Source: Eledone cirrhosa (taxonomy: Eukaryota). From it: a stretch of DNA of 64,000 bases. This document shows positions 26,860 through 42,028 of the stretch, in pieces; positions within the stretch are counted from its first letter, which is position 1, and the number at the start of each line of letters is the position of its first letter. Where the stretch lies: positions 352,532,001-352,596,000 of the forward strand of contig OZ024743.1 in NCBI GenBank assembly GCA_964016885.1. The letters run 5' to 3'. The position numbers and the translations under genes were made by a program. A model generated the notes under the pieces. It was not told the origin of the DNA, searched no databases, and worked only from the letters and a program-made list of their open reading frames with translations.

Positions 26860-29240
26860 TTTTATTACAGTTTTTTGTCCTTAATATTTTTATATGAGGC
26901 CTTTGCAGTCCATTTGGAACAAAAATGTTCCTCAATCAATCATTAATATTTCTAGATTTCCAGTCTCATGACTTCTGTAACTGTTTCTTTTATCACAGAT
27001 AAATGCATTAAGTGTAGATTCTATCACCAAAATCTTATTGTTATATTTCTAAGTTATTGAACATGTGCTTATTCAATCAATGTGTTGTGTTATGAGCAAT
27101 GCTTCTATAATTAACCATCCATTTTTGTGGGGAATTCTATACAGTATGGATGTATTGGCCACTAATATTTCCTTTCTAGCATTGTTTCTTGTTTTGTGTG
27201 TGGTGGTGGTGGTGGTACAGTGTGATGCGATAGTTCCTTGTTGTAAATGCATGGTGAACTCACAAAAATAGATATCAGCAAATAATTAAAAAATACTCGA
27301 AAAGAAACTTAACCAACTCCTATATGACTTACAACCTAATGACAACATCAAAGAGTGATAAATGTAATATGTTCGTAATTATGGTTTGAGACAAATATAT
27401 TGGAACAACTCAAAGACAAAATCAATTTTACAAAAATCTAGAAAGATAGCATCAACTAGTCAAATCAAATAAATTAATGTTGGTGATATACACACAAATA
27501 GGAGCCCCTTATTTCCCCACATCAAAGGAGAATTTATCCTGGCACATATATACATCACAGCAAAAATATACAAAGAAAACAAGCTCCTCCGATACATAAC
27601 ATAGCAAATAAATAGATCTAGACATTAAATCACCAAACACGGGGATGGTATTATTAAAAAATATACTCCAGAGAAATACACTGTAAGATCAATTGAAGAA
27701 TTTCTAGAGAATTTAGAAGAAACCAGTAAAGTAGACATCATCTCCATTCTAGATGTAGATAGTCTGTTCACTAATTTTCTTGAGACAGAAACAATTGAAA
27801 TTATATTAGTTAATGCATACAAACATATAAAAGTAAAGCTACCTATTATACCAACAAACTTATAGAAGAAATTAATAGTGATGTGTACAATCAAAGTACC
27901 TTTTCATTACCCATAAGGCAATTTATATAAACAACAAGATGAAGTAGCCATTATATCATTCACAGCATTATATCTAGCCACATTAGGGAACACTATCTTA
28001 ACACAGACATATAATATACACCATATAAGTAGATGATATAATTGTGATGGATACATTAGATATTGAGAAATTAAAAGAAGACTTAGCAAACAACTCAATC
28101 TCCAAACAAAAATTTAACATCCAGAATAATACAAATATGACTACATTTCTAGATATAAACATCCAGATTGAAGAAAAAAAGATACAATAAAAATGCAAGA
28201 TGATCACTTCTACGTACAGCAAAGGCTTAAATGAATGTACATATTTATATGGAGACAACAAATATCGACACAATTACAAAATATAAGTGATAAAACCACT
28301 ACTTAGAACAACATATTGATTCTCTTCCACAAATGAAACACTATTAAAAAAAAAATCCAACAAATAAAAGCACTAATTAACAATAGATATTCTAACAGAC
28401 TAATAGACTAAGCTTCAGCTGAATATAAACTCAAATACAGAAGACATTACACTCATCAGAAATAAACAATTTACATACTATATTAATCAAATGCTGTACT
28501 TTATTTTTCCTCCTTATGGGGTCGATAAAATAAAGTACCAGTAATGTACTGGGTAATTGCTGGCCTTGTGCCAAAAGTAGAAACAACTATATTAATCAAA
28601 TGCATAAAACTATAGAACAGATGAACATATAATAAGCAATATTATGAAGCAGAACACAAGATGCATCACATCAAACCACAAAGTAAAACTAATAATATAT
28701 TACAAATAAATACATAAAATAAAATAACAATATCTTAATCAACTATGTTAAACTGAGAACAAGCTACAAATGTCCAATATGATTTATAAATTTGATTGAA
28801 AAAGTTGTAAACCTTATGACTCCAACCTATGACATAGGTCATACAAATATAGCTTCCCTATGCACTTACAATAGAATGCAATTGCAACACATTACACGAT
28901 ATACTACAGAGCAATGTTAAATAAGAAAATATTAGTAGACAATGCATCCATACTATATAGAATTCCCCACAAAAATAGATTAATTATGGAAGCATTGCTC
29001 ATAACACAACACAATGCTAAAATAAACACACATGACTGATGACGTATAAATCCATTCAGCAGTAAAGTCTACACAAATCACATTTTCTGACTATTAAAGA
29101 GGCAGTGACACAAGCCAACAGTACTTCAGATCTTGAAGATGAGACTGTGAAAGTCTAGAAAGCTTTATAATGGATTTAAGAACTTCAAAATAAACTGCAA
29201 GAGACTCATACAAAAATAAAAAATAAAACAATAAAACTAG
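26860..29240 (+). mobile_element. Degenerate Penelope-like element with an inverted copy of its 3' end at the 5' side
   Basis: RT remnants SILDVDSLFTN, GNLYKQQD.VA, VDD; GIY-YIG remnants IGHT and IMEALLI; 26860-27260 is the reverse complement of ~28850-29240. Confidence 0.8.
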
Positions 29241-30311
29241 AACATAGCTATGTTTGTATTACAACACACACACACACACAGAAATAAATAAATTAGCAGC
29301 TAAGATTTTGATATACATGGTACAATACATTTTAATTAATATAGGATACAAAAGAGAAGAGGCCTTCCAATAGGACCCAAACCTCGTATCTATTCCTATT
29401 GATTACATAATTTATGACACCACAGCACACCAATCATCTCTCTCTCACTCTCTTTCATCATCATTGCCTCTGTTTTATGTCCATTTTTCCATGCTTCAAT
29501 GCCTTGGACTGATAAAAATCTATTTTGACAGAGAATCTTATATTTTGTGCTATGACCAGCACAGAATATAAGATTCTCTGTCAAAATAAGCTTTAAATGG
29601 TTTACTAAAACACTTCTACCACAATAAGTATCACATTTGTTTCATAAATATTTTGTAGTTCATTTAACCACTGGAGAATAATTAGCATGATACTTTGTTA
29701 TAGTAGACTGTAACTGTAAAATAATTACCTGCCAGCTGATATGTAAACCATGAATTATTTGTGAAATATGTAATATTATTGAGGTAGAGGTTTTAGTTTA
29801 TATCAGTGAAGCTTTTATAATCCAATTTGAGAGAGAGAGAAGGAGGGAGAGACGTTAGGTACACTGTGGTGTAATCAGTAATGTGATCAACATAAAATAT
29901 ATTGGATATGAAGTTTGGGTCCTGTTGAAAGGCCTGATTTTTTTTTCCCCTATATTAGTGCTTATAATGCCAAATCATATATGTTACACACACATTCTAC
30001 AATATGAATTACAAACGCAAGGGGAGAAAGCTGAATAGAAAGGATAAAGAATATTATTTATACACCCTACATGACCAGTTGTGTCATTATTCAGAGGTTC
30101 ACTAAACTGTTACATAATATCTGAAAGAGATACTTTGTCAAGCTAAAGGATCAGACAAACAGAATACAAGTGTACTTATTTGTGGCTATTTTGGAAATGT
30201 TTACTACCTATCAAGTGCAACATTGTGAAAGCACTTTTACATTAGTGAGTTGTGTCAAATTTCAGAGCTAATTTATATGCCAAATATATTACAAATATAA
30301 AAAAGTTATTA

Positions 30312-30775
30312 CCATATATACTTGAAAATAAACCGATCCAAATATAATCTGACCCCTATTTTATGTCTAAAAAAATAGCCAAATATCCAAACCCTGTCTA
30401 TAAACTGTAGCAGGTAAATAACATTATCATTAGATGATGCAGTTTTGAAATTCTTATGAATGGAGAACATATTTATGAAGTTTAATATTTTGATTTTTAA
30501 AAGTTGTTTAACGTATAATTTGTGTTTCACAACTTCATTATATAATAATCTTTTACCAATTTCCAAACGTTTTAAAGGCCACATTCATTCAAAGCATATA
30601 CAAAACAATAGGAAATACAAATTTAACATTGAAAGTGAAATCAGTATAATATTCATCTCGAAAAATGAAAATATTTTAGCATCTCATTTAAGTAGAATTT
30701 TCAAGTTGGTGAAATCCAGCAAAATGTTGACCTTGAATATAAGTTGACCCACGTTTTATATAAGAGTATATATGG
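30312..30775. mobile_element. pogo/Tigger-like MITE
   Basis: TA-flanked TIRs ccatatatact / agtatatatgg. Confidence 0.65.
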
Positions 30776-31568
30776 TAATTTCTTAGAAAGTTAAGGGTAA
30801 ATGGAGAAGAGACAGTGGGCTAATAAAGCCTTAGGTCAGTGATACCTAGATGGGTTTGAGAGGTTCCATATAAGCATTTGTGATCAATAACTAAGTGATG
30901 GCAAAGAGCAAGGCTAGATTAAATGCAAAATGGAATCAAGGTTATAGACAGGCAAACAAGCTTGTTGTTACAATACCACAACTGTTTTATTTCTCTAGAG
31001 GATATCTTGTAACCTTTCAGTGAAACTCTGAGTAACATTAGACATGACAACCTCTCCTGTGCACTCAAAAATGGAATATCAACTGTTCATAAAGCAAGAC
31101 ACAGATACCTGGCCTGCCTGGGAGATCAGTGGCTCTGCTTGAGTACTGATATGGTCTATATAGACCTGCCCAAACCTTACTAGCAAGGAAAGACGTTAAA
31201 ACAAAGATGATGATGATGATGATATACGTGTGCATGGGCTTATATGTAGGCCACTATGTATGGTTAAAAAATTCACTTCACAACCACATAGTTTCTGGGT
31301 CTATTCCACTATACAACACCTTAGGTAAGTGTCTTCTACCATAGCTTTAGGCCAACCCCCTATGTGAATTTAGTAGACAGAATCTGTAAAGATGTCTGTC
31401 TATGTTATTATAATGCTATGTGTATCCCAGTTTTAAAAATAGGCACACCATATCCCTGCATATTATAAGAGGCAACTTAAATGCCAATAGGCACCAGGCT
31501 GTAAAATGTTGTCTCAAACTATCCATTCCAATCCATGCCAGCATGGAAAAATCTGACATAAAAATGAT

Positions 31569-31607
<39 letters not shown>

Positions 31608-31885
31608 GGGGGAGGGGGAGGGGGGGTTCTGATCGGGTGATTTTTGTAGTCCACAAAGTAGGAAGCACTCAATATATATTATAGCGTTGATTTATTCATT
31701 TTTTTACAGCATAATTATGATGCAAAATCAGTGTTTGCTAAGCCTCTTGAAAGAAGAATCCTTCAAAAAGGCTTAGTGAACTGCTGTTTCACAGAAACAT
31801 CATAGATATGTTGTATGTAATTGAATAAAACAATTTGGTATACGCACATACGTGCATATACACACACATATAAATATATATAAAT

Positions 31886-31926
<41 letters not shown>

Positions 31927-32003
31927 CACTCACACACACACACACAGATAGATAAATACATATATATATACACACATACATAGATACATACATACACACA
32001 CAC

Positions 32004-32037
<34 letters not shown>

Positions 32038-32041
<4 letters not shown>

Positions 32042-32202
32042 AAATAGACAAAGAAGCCTTCAATACATCAAAAGTCTTTATTAGCCTACAATGTTTCGTC
32101 CCATTAATCAGGACTCATCAGGGCAAGTAAACAGATGGGACGAAACATTGTAGGCTATTAAAGACTTTTGATGTATTGAAGGCTTCTTTGTCTATTTTTA
32201 TA
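32038..32202. repeat. Near-perfect fold-back element in (TA)n
   Basis: Arms 32038-32104 / 32135-32202, about one mismatch; 30-nt loop. Confidence 0.95.
32084..32124 (-). ncRNA. Apparently intact minimal type-I hammerhead ribozyme
   Basis: GCC-CUGAUGA-GUCC(ugauuaaug)GGAC-GAA-AC(auu)GU-A-GGC, then AAUAAA. Confidence 0.85.
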
Positions 32203-32304
32203 ATTTTTCGGCTCTGTTGTATTACATTGAGCTATACCCTATACTGTCATTTCTATAATACGACGAGTGTGTTTTACTCAAAAGCACTCTAGTATTTTAA
32301 TTCT

Positions 32305-32341
<37 letters not shown>

Positions 32342-32352
32342 ATGTATGTATC

Positions 32353-32413
<61 letters not shown>

Positions 32414-34246
32414 CAAAATTCAAAAGACCAAAAACCCCCCCAAAAAAAAAACAACAACAGAATTTCAAAACAATATTGATTTTAGATGTTTTCTCGACAG
32501 AAATTTCACAAAAGACTTTCCATTGCTTTCAAGATTTAAAAAAAAAGAGATTTTTCTTGAAAGAACACAAAGGCATTGGTGAGAAGAAAGTGGTTGATGT
32601 AATATCTTATTTCCTCTTTTCTATAACTATGTTTACTTTTGAAGCTGACTCTTCTTAACAATATGGAAAGCAAAGAAGTTTTTAAAAAAATTAGGTGTAT
32701 GTGTGTAGAGTAGTTATGTGTGTATATATATATATTAATTCTACTTAACATTATCTATAGTGTATAGTATCAATGGTGAAGGCCTATTAACATATGCTCA
32801 ACACTAGTGTTGTGTGAGAGAGAGAGAGCTTACTACAGAGAAGAGAACAGTTTGTGACCAAAAAAGTGCTACAACAGCAGCCTGGCAACAACACAGAAAC
32901 CCATGAGTAGTGACATAGAATCCCAAGAATAATTTGCTCAAAAAATACCCCTGTGGTGCATCTTCAACAAAATCTTCACACAAGGCAGCCAAATCTTCAT
33001 ACAGGCAGCCAAAACCAAAAGCAATCTCTGCAAAGCCCAGGTCACATGCATCTTACATGCGGCTATCCTTTTTGTGCCTGAGTTGGATTCACTAGCTACC
33101 TACAGACACAAAACACATTCAGTCATGTAGCCAAAGTCATGGTCTTCATCTATAGCTGATAGAATAATTGCTATTGTGTTCATCTAACAAATCAACTGAA
33201 TGTGCAAAGCAAATGCAGGACCCTTTACAGAGTTGCTTGACATGTATTCTTGAAATAGTAGTTAAATCTCCTTCAAATTACACGTTACTATCTTCAAAAA
33301 GAAGGGATACAGACTACAACAAAAAAAAAACAATAAGAGAGTTTATAATTATTTGCTTGAACTGTTCAAAATATGTCATGTTTTGAATAAGTCACTAAAT
33401 GTTATGACTAGATCAACTTCAATACACTTGATTAGCAATACATAACAACAGCAACAACTACAATAATACTTGTTGTTTTACATTTCCTAACATAATGCTT
33501 GCCATAAACAAAAATCAGCCAACAAAGGAACCTCTATGCAGTCATTGTTCAACCTGACAGAAAGAATGCCAAATCTCCCTCAAATTACACCTTAACATCT
33601 TAAAAAAAAATAGGCAGGACACAGGATAATATAATGTTAGATATAAAGAAAGATAGGATAGCCATGACTAGAATACCTTTCACATACATCTGCTTGGCCA
33701 GGGTTAACTTCTAAATAAATAACCTGAGTTAAAAATACAATTCAAGTTGAGAATAGGTAGTTTTAAGAACACAAATCAAACAAGAAATTCTAATCAAAGT
33801 TGATAGAAGTGATTTGAACAGACAAGTCAGACACTTTCCTATCTGGCATGAAATGATTCAGTTCCTAACACTATTTTCTTGTCTGTCTCAGCACAGGGTT
33901 GATAGACGTTATGCATTGTACAACCAGCAATACACTTTGTATAAATAAATTGATCATTTCTTTCTCTTTAGAGGAGGACATTCTCTGAAACAGCCATTCA
34001 ATACTAATAATATCAACACCTTCAAAACTAATAATATCAATATGTACAAATTACAAATATAGCAAATGCTGCAAGAAAACTATACTCTATCATAGCTATA
34101 GACATCTGAGTTTAACCACATCATACATCTAAAGAGCATAAACACTTTAAACCCCTGATATCATATGTATATGATTGTTGCATATATATGCATGTGTTGG
34201 ATTTTTTTTCTTTTCAAAAAGAAGTAAAAAGGCTTGATTTATGCTT

Positions 34247-35793
34247 ATCATCATCATCATCATCACCGTTTTACGTCCGTTCTTCCACGCTAGCATGGGT
34301 TAGACGGGTTGTCCTGTTGTGGGCAGTGTCTGGTCGGCTGACCATGCCTTGCTCATACAGGAACTGATCTGGCTTGATTTCTACAGCTGGATGCCCTTCC
34401 TAACACCAACCTCATTTACAGTGAGTGCTGGGTGCTTTTTCGTGGCGCCTACACGTCCACTTTACAGTGTGGGCTGGGTGCTTTTTTGCCGTGGCACCTC
34501 CACGACCACCTTGCGGTGGGGGGGGGGGGGCATATTGTTTATATGCTTCAGCATGTACCCATGGGAGGTCGGGTACCCTGTATTACTGCGTGACGCCAGA
34601 AGTCACGGTCGTGTGTCATTGACTTTGAGAGGTGTAGTTGGGTAAGGTCGGCTTTTATCACCTCATCCCAAGTCATCTTGGGTCTCCCCACTCCGCGGTT
34701 TCCATCAACTTCTAGTGCTCTGCACCTTTTTATGCAGCTGTCATCCTTCATACGCACCACATGTCCATACCAGCGTAACCGCCTCTCCTGCACGCAGCAT
34801 TTGATTCCTCTTATGCTCAGTCTCTCTCTCAATTCATTTATGCTTTGTCGTTCACGTATATTACTGTTACACATCCATCGGAGCATGCAGGCTTCGTTTC
34901 TCTCTAATCTACGTAAGTCTTCCACCTTCAGCGCCCAGGTCTCACTACCATGCAACATCGCTGTTCGGATACACGCATCATACAGTCTGCCTTTCATTCT
35001 GAGGGAGAAGCCTTTTGCAGCCAGCAGTGGTAGTAGTTCCCTAAACTTCTTCCATCCCGTTCTTACCCTAGTTATTGTACTTTCTGAGCACCCACCTCCG
35101 TTGCTAATTCGGTCACCCAGGTAGCAGAAGCTGTCTACTGTTTCTACAGGGCCCTCCCAGAGATTGGTGGTACTTGTTTCCTGTGGCTGTTTGCTTGCTG
35201 TTTCAGCACAGCTGCTGCATGTGAATCCTACATTCTTAATTAAGCTTCCTGAGATCCCGCTACATCTCTTGTGTACCCATTGTTTGCATTTGGGGCAGAG
35301 AATGGAGTTCCTACCTACACCTTTCCTACACACTGAGCAAGGCCATTTCCCTGAGGGGATCTGGGTTCTGTTTTCTCGTCTACTTATAAGGACCTTAGTC
35401 TTTGTCATGTTGACTTTGAGGCCCTTTCTCTCTAGTCCCTGCTTCCAGGTTTGGAATTTATTCTCTAGTTCTACCATAGATTCAGCTATGAGTGCGAGGT
35501 CATCAGCATACAGGAGTTCCCATGGGCATCCGGTCTTAAACTCCTCCGTTATTGCCTGCAGGACTATGATGAACAGGAGAGGGCTAAGAACAGAGCCCTG
35601 GTGGACCCCAACCTGTACGCTAAATTCCTCACTATACTCATTGCCAATCCTAACTTTGCTGACTGCTCCCCTATACATGGCTTGTACCGCTTTCACAAGC
35701 CATTCATCTACTCCTAGTTTTCTAAGAGCCCACCAGATTACTGCACGTGGAACTCTGTCAAAGGCTTTCTCAAGGTCGACAAATGCCAAGTAG
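34247..35793 (-). mobile_element. 5'-truncated RTE LINE (family RTE-A); remaining ORF 34548-35789 intact (413 aa)
   Basis: AFVDLEKAFDRVPR, GVHQGSVLSPLLF, LLYADDL, Cys-rich finger, RRLRWYGHV; (TGA)n tail. Confidence 0.95.
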
Positions 35794-37352
35794 CATCTGA
35801 TGTATAAGTGTGGTATGTGGTAATTAGGATAACAAACCCATAATGTTTACACTACACACCATATGTCTTTCCATTACAAATCCCTTCCTCACAAGTGCAG
35901 TCATCTTAATATGTGGCTGGCTATACATGACCTTCAGGTATGGGTTTATACAGATATATGTGCATGTGAATGTTGTATGTATATGTAAGAGGGGGAGTGA
36001 ACAGGGTGGCACTAGCAAAGAACAATTGCTAGTGTGACTAAAAAGTAGAATTGTTTTATTTACATTTTACACAAACCAAGTGAAACTTAAGCAAAAACTT
36101 AATCTAAATAATTTTGTTAGGATCAGATTTGTATTTTTTTTTCTTTTTTTTTTTTTTAGGAGCAGAAAATAACTTTTACATAAAATCTGCAATAAAGAAA
36201 AAAGTAAATCATTCACATAAATTCAAAATATAGAAATTTATTATATTTATAATATTGCTCAGTAATTTGCTCAAGAAATTTGCTCAAAACTCATTTGTTA
36301 AGCTAATCTTGAGAACATTCTAGATATATTTGGCAATCTATGTTTTAATACATGACTTGAAAAGATTTAAGATCTGAAAATAGTGTTGTTCAGCACATTT
36401 CGATGTTAAATGTTACAAATAAACAACATTAGATTCAAAGAATCTTTACTTACAGCAGCAGTAAGTCACAACAAAGGAAAGAATATATATATATAAATAA
36501 TATATTACATATATATATTAAAAACCTTAGCAAAATATCCACCATTAAGAGAAAAAAGTAAATGTTTTTCTGTATGTTAACAAATGATAATATTTAAGAT
36601 TCCCCACCACCTTTTATAGAAACAGAAGTCAAAATAGAAAGTTGTCTAGGTCACAGCTGGAAAAATTCTTAGTATGGATATTAAACTCTGATTGTTGTTT
36701 TATCATTGGAATTTTTGAATCCTGTCTTTAGTGAGGATATAAATTTAAAGATTTTAAAAATAAATCAAATTAATAAAAAAAGAAAACCTATCTGTAACAA
36801 AAGAGTTTTGAAGATTAATATAGCAATGGAACTGAGCAATATTTTTGTCTAATGAAATACTTGAAAATATTTTCATTTTAAATAGAAAGATATTTTGTTT
36901 TGTCATTTATATAGAATGATTTGGGATGTTTTTGTAAAGAACATAAAAAAAAAGTTATAAAAGTGAACCAAAAAAAAAAAAGACATTCAAAGAATTTTTC
37001 TATTTCAATAATTCTACAATTTGGTAGTAAACAAATCAAAATATTCATAATAAGAATATTAGGAGTGAGATATTTTTTAGTGCGTAGAATGGTTCACAAC
37101 CTGTCATGCTGCTCTGCCCAGTAGCAGCAGCTCTCAACATGAACTTTGTCCATTAGAGTGAGTTAGGAATCAAGGACACTCTGGCAGCACACTTGTGGCC
37201 GGTTGTATAGGCTACATGGAAGATTGCAAACAATTAGCAAACCCCAGCCCCTCAGCGTCAGAAACAAATATATATGTAAAAAAAAAAATTGTTAAAAAAA
37301 AAATTTAACAACAATGAACATAACATAAAATAAAAATATATATTTTATATAT

Positions 37353-37415
<63 letters not shown>

Positions 37416-38090
37416 TATACATATATATATACAATATATATCACAGTTCTTATAGCATAGAGAAATACAGAGAAGCAGGATTTTCAAAACACCCACGGAT
37501 TAAATGTATTTTTATCAAAATCAAGAGGAAATGATAAGAATCACTATAGAAAAAATGATCAAAATAGGCAATGTAGAGTATTTAAAACCTGCTTTCTGTA
37601 CTATTCCATGCTTTTTGAGGTTTGAAGAACAAAAAATGTTTTTCTTACAGTACCTCCAGTTAGAATTGGAATCCCATGTCCTGCATGAAGCTTCATTTAA
37701 ACTCAACCTCCTCAGAGCAATGAAGTTTATGGTAATTTGTTCGAATGGAAGCTTTTCAAAGCAAGAGCACGTCAGTTTTACCATCTATTTTCTCATCTGC
37801 CATTTTTGAGTGGTACACTAGCTAAATTATAAGGGTGAGGGATTTTGGGTTGTTTTCAGAGCATAGCATAACTATATTTAAGAAGACAGTAATTAATCAA
37901 TACATCAGTTTAATTCGATTTCTCTCATCTCTGGCTTGTTTCATTTTACACAGTCTAAACCAGCAATTGTAAGGAAAGGTTCTCTCTAAGAGCAAGAGAG
38001 CAATAAACTTCAAATGTGCATTAATTGAAAAATATTGAATCATTTGGAAATATTGTAGTAAAATATTGTAGAAATGCATCATTTCTTTAA

Positions 38091-38302
38091 CTCTTTAGCA
38101 TTAAACTAACCGTATCCAACCAGAATTCTCTATCTTTCTGTTCAAACTGGCTGTAACTGGCCACTCATACTGATGTTAAGGTATTGTTCTCAAAATAAAT
38201 AATATCAAAATCTCATAGATTTGATATTATGAGATAATTATGTAAAGTAAAACCTTTACCGTGAAAATATAGTAAATATAGAGAAATGTAAATGCTAAAG
38301 GG
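38091..38302. mobile_element. piggyBac-like MITE
   Basis: TTAA flanks; same family as 4451 and 16773. Confidence 0.85.
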
Positions 38303-39463
38303 TTAATGCAAGATAAATCTACAGCCACTCTATCATGAAGAGGACTGTGAGGACATAATTTCATATCTCTAAATCTTAACAAAAAAATAACAATTTTTTT
38401 CTTCTGGATCTTTAATTCATTACTAACACACTGAATCAATGTCTTAGTCATAACATACCATCAAAAGACAAAAACAATGCTACCCAATAGAGTAGAATGG
38501 CAGTGTTTGAAACCCACTGAAGCCACCAGAGAGCAAAGTTAATCTTTTGCTTGATTTATAAAAGCAATCTCTTTGGCAATAGCTTTGAGATTAAAGTGGT
38601 AAAGAGGCAAAGACAATGAGTTTTCAGAAGAGTGCATATATATAACTGATAATTTCAGAGGCTTAAAAGTTGTTTACAAATGTAAAGAGATGATACAGCT
38701 GAAATATTTTAAACAAATGCTAGTGAAAATTTCATTTCAATCTATAACACAGAACATATCAACATTAACTACAGCAGTCAATGGAAGTTCTTCACTGTTT
38801 TGATATTTATATCCCTAGATGATATATTATTGACTCTTTTTATATGTATATCCCCAGATAATATACATATGTTGTTGACAGAAATCAAAATTAATGTTCA
38901 TCATCAGAAACAGCATCATTTAACAACAATTTATTATAAAAAGATCCAGTCATAAAAAGAAACAAATAAAAAAAGGTGGGGGTGGGAGTTGACCCTCCGA
39001 AGATAGGAGAGTGAATTCAGTCAAAAATAAAGTAATTTAACAATATGCTCTGCTCCGAAAACAAAGTACTGTAATTTTGAGTCTAGAAAAAGTAAATTTG
39101 AAACTGTAATTTAACAATAAAAATTGTTAATGAAATCTTATTTTAGTTTAACTAAATATGTAAACAGTTTACCAATGATCAAACTTTAAACTATCAAAAC
39201 ACTATGACTTTACGTCATTATAATAACTATATCAGTGAAAAGGACAGAAAATGTGTGAATAAGCAGCAACAGATTTTCTTTTCTGCATATGTAAATAAGA
39301 GGAATGCATACATACACACATAAAGATAGACACAGCAAGCACACATAAAAAAACCTTGCATATATATACATGAATACAGGCACAGAATTATGTATATACA
39401 CACATATTATGCATCTATGCAAGTCTCTATGTATGTGTATGCAATGTATAGATGCATATATAT

Positions 39464-39789
39464 ATAATTCAAATTAATAGATATAAGTAGATATATAAAG
39501 AGAAAAAGGACAATATATTTTACGAGAACACACAGTATTTTGTATATATACAACACACATATATATCAAGGAAATATATGTGCTTTAGATGAAAAAAAAT
39601 TATAATTCCTTATAGTGCTATTTCATGATTCGAAGGACCAGAACTTAAAATCGATCTAAGCAATTATTTTGAATTATATACTATATATATTTATAAGAAA
39701 TTATAATTTTTTTCCATCTGAAGCATCTCATAAGATATATGGTCCTTTCTTTCTATATATATCTACTTATATCTATTAATTTGAATTAT
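39464..39789. repeat. Degenerate fold-back element
   Basis: aattcaaattaatagatataagtagatatata / tatatatctacttatatctattaatttgaatt plus inner arms. Confidence 0.75.
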
Positions 39790-40044
39790 TGTTGCTCTGG
39801 ACAAATGTCCATGGTGCTTTTCTATTGAAAAGCACAAATATCAGACATAATTGATATGTTTTGATACTTTAAAAGTGTGTGTGTATACACACACACATAT
39901 GTATATACATACATATATATATATATATATACATATATGATGATGATGATGATATATATATATATATATATACACATTTATATATATATAAATAAATACG
40001 TATATATGTACATGTATATATATATATATTCGCACATATATACA

Positions 40045-40100
<56 letters not shown>

Positions 40101-40105
40101 TACAT

Positions 40106-40143
<38 letters not shown>

Positions 40144-40147
<4 letters not shown>

Positions 40148-40482
40148 TCATCATCATCATTTTACGTCCGCTTTTCCCTGCTTGCAAGGGTTGGACGGGA
40201 ACTGATTCTGGCTTGATTTCTACAGCTGGATGCCCTTCCTAACACCAACCTCATTTACAGTGAGTGGTGGGTGCTTTTTTGCTGTGGCACCTCCACGACC
40301 ACTTTGCAGTGGAATGATATGGCCCCTAGTCCCTATCATCTCATTTCTACAGCTGATTAAACTGGAGCAATGTGAAATAAAGTGTCTTGCTCAAGGAAAC
40401 AACACATCACCCGGTCTGAGAATTGAACTCTCAACCTTTCGATTGCAAGGCCAATGCTCTAACCATTAAGCCATGTGCCTCC
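40144..40482 (-). mobile_element. Family-B SINE with RTE-derived tail
   Basis: tRNA-like head; tail ttgcaagcagggaaaagcggacgtaaaa(tga)n; similar copies at 43405-43749, 53514-53851, 62055-62377. Confidence 0.9.
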
Positions 40483-40485
40483 ATC

Positions 40486-41093
<608 letters not shown>

Positions 41094-41568
41094 TATATAT
41101 ATATACACAAACACACATATATATACATATATATACACACACATATATATATACACACACATATATACATATATATATGTGTAAATGTATATATATATAT
41201 ATCTATATATCTATATACATATATATACACACATATATATATACATATATATACACATATATATATATATACATATATATACACACACACATATATATAT
41301 ACATATATATACACACACACATATATATATACATATATATACACACACATATATATATATATACATATATACACACACACACACACATATATATATACAT
41401 ATATATACACACACATATATATATATATACATATATACACACACACATATATATATACATATATATACACACACATATATATATATATATACATATATAC
41501 ACACACACATATATATATATATATACATATATACACACACACACATATATATATATATATACATATAT

Positions 41569-41630
<62 letters not shown>

Positions 41631-41798
41631 CTTACTCTTTTACCTGTTCCAGCCATCCGGCTGAGGCCATGATGGGGCACTACACTTCTTGCTACACATT
41701 TTATATATATATATATACATATATACATACACACATATATATATATCCATACACACACACACATTTATATATATACATGTATATATATACATATACAT

Positions 41799-41880
<82 letters not shown>

Positions 41881-41894
41881 ATATATATATATAC

Positions 41895-41984
<90 letters not shown>

Positions 41985-41990
41985 ACATAC

Positions 41991-42028
<38 letters not shown>

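Noticed and set aside
34678-35793. Plus-strand ORFs of 148 and 209 aa
   Set aside because: Antisense shadows of the RTE ORF
37651-37731. AG/GT-bounded open 81-nt segment on the plus strand
   Set aside because: Isolated, no recognisable peptide
38895-38920. Other CTGATGA matches (also near 3386, 7587, 12533, 16453, 48759)
   Set aside because: No stem II/GAAA/stem I context
40380-40482. tRNA genes in SINE heads
   Set aside because: A/B-box-like motifs only, fused to SINE bodies; no cloverleaf evident
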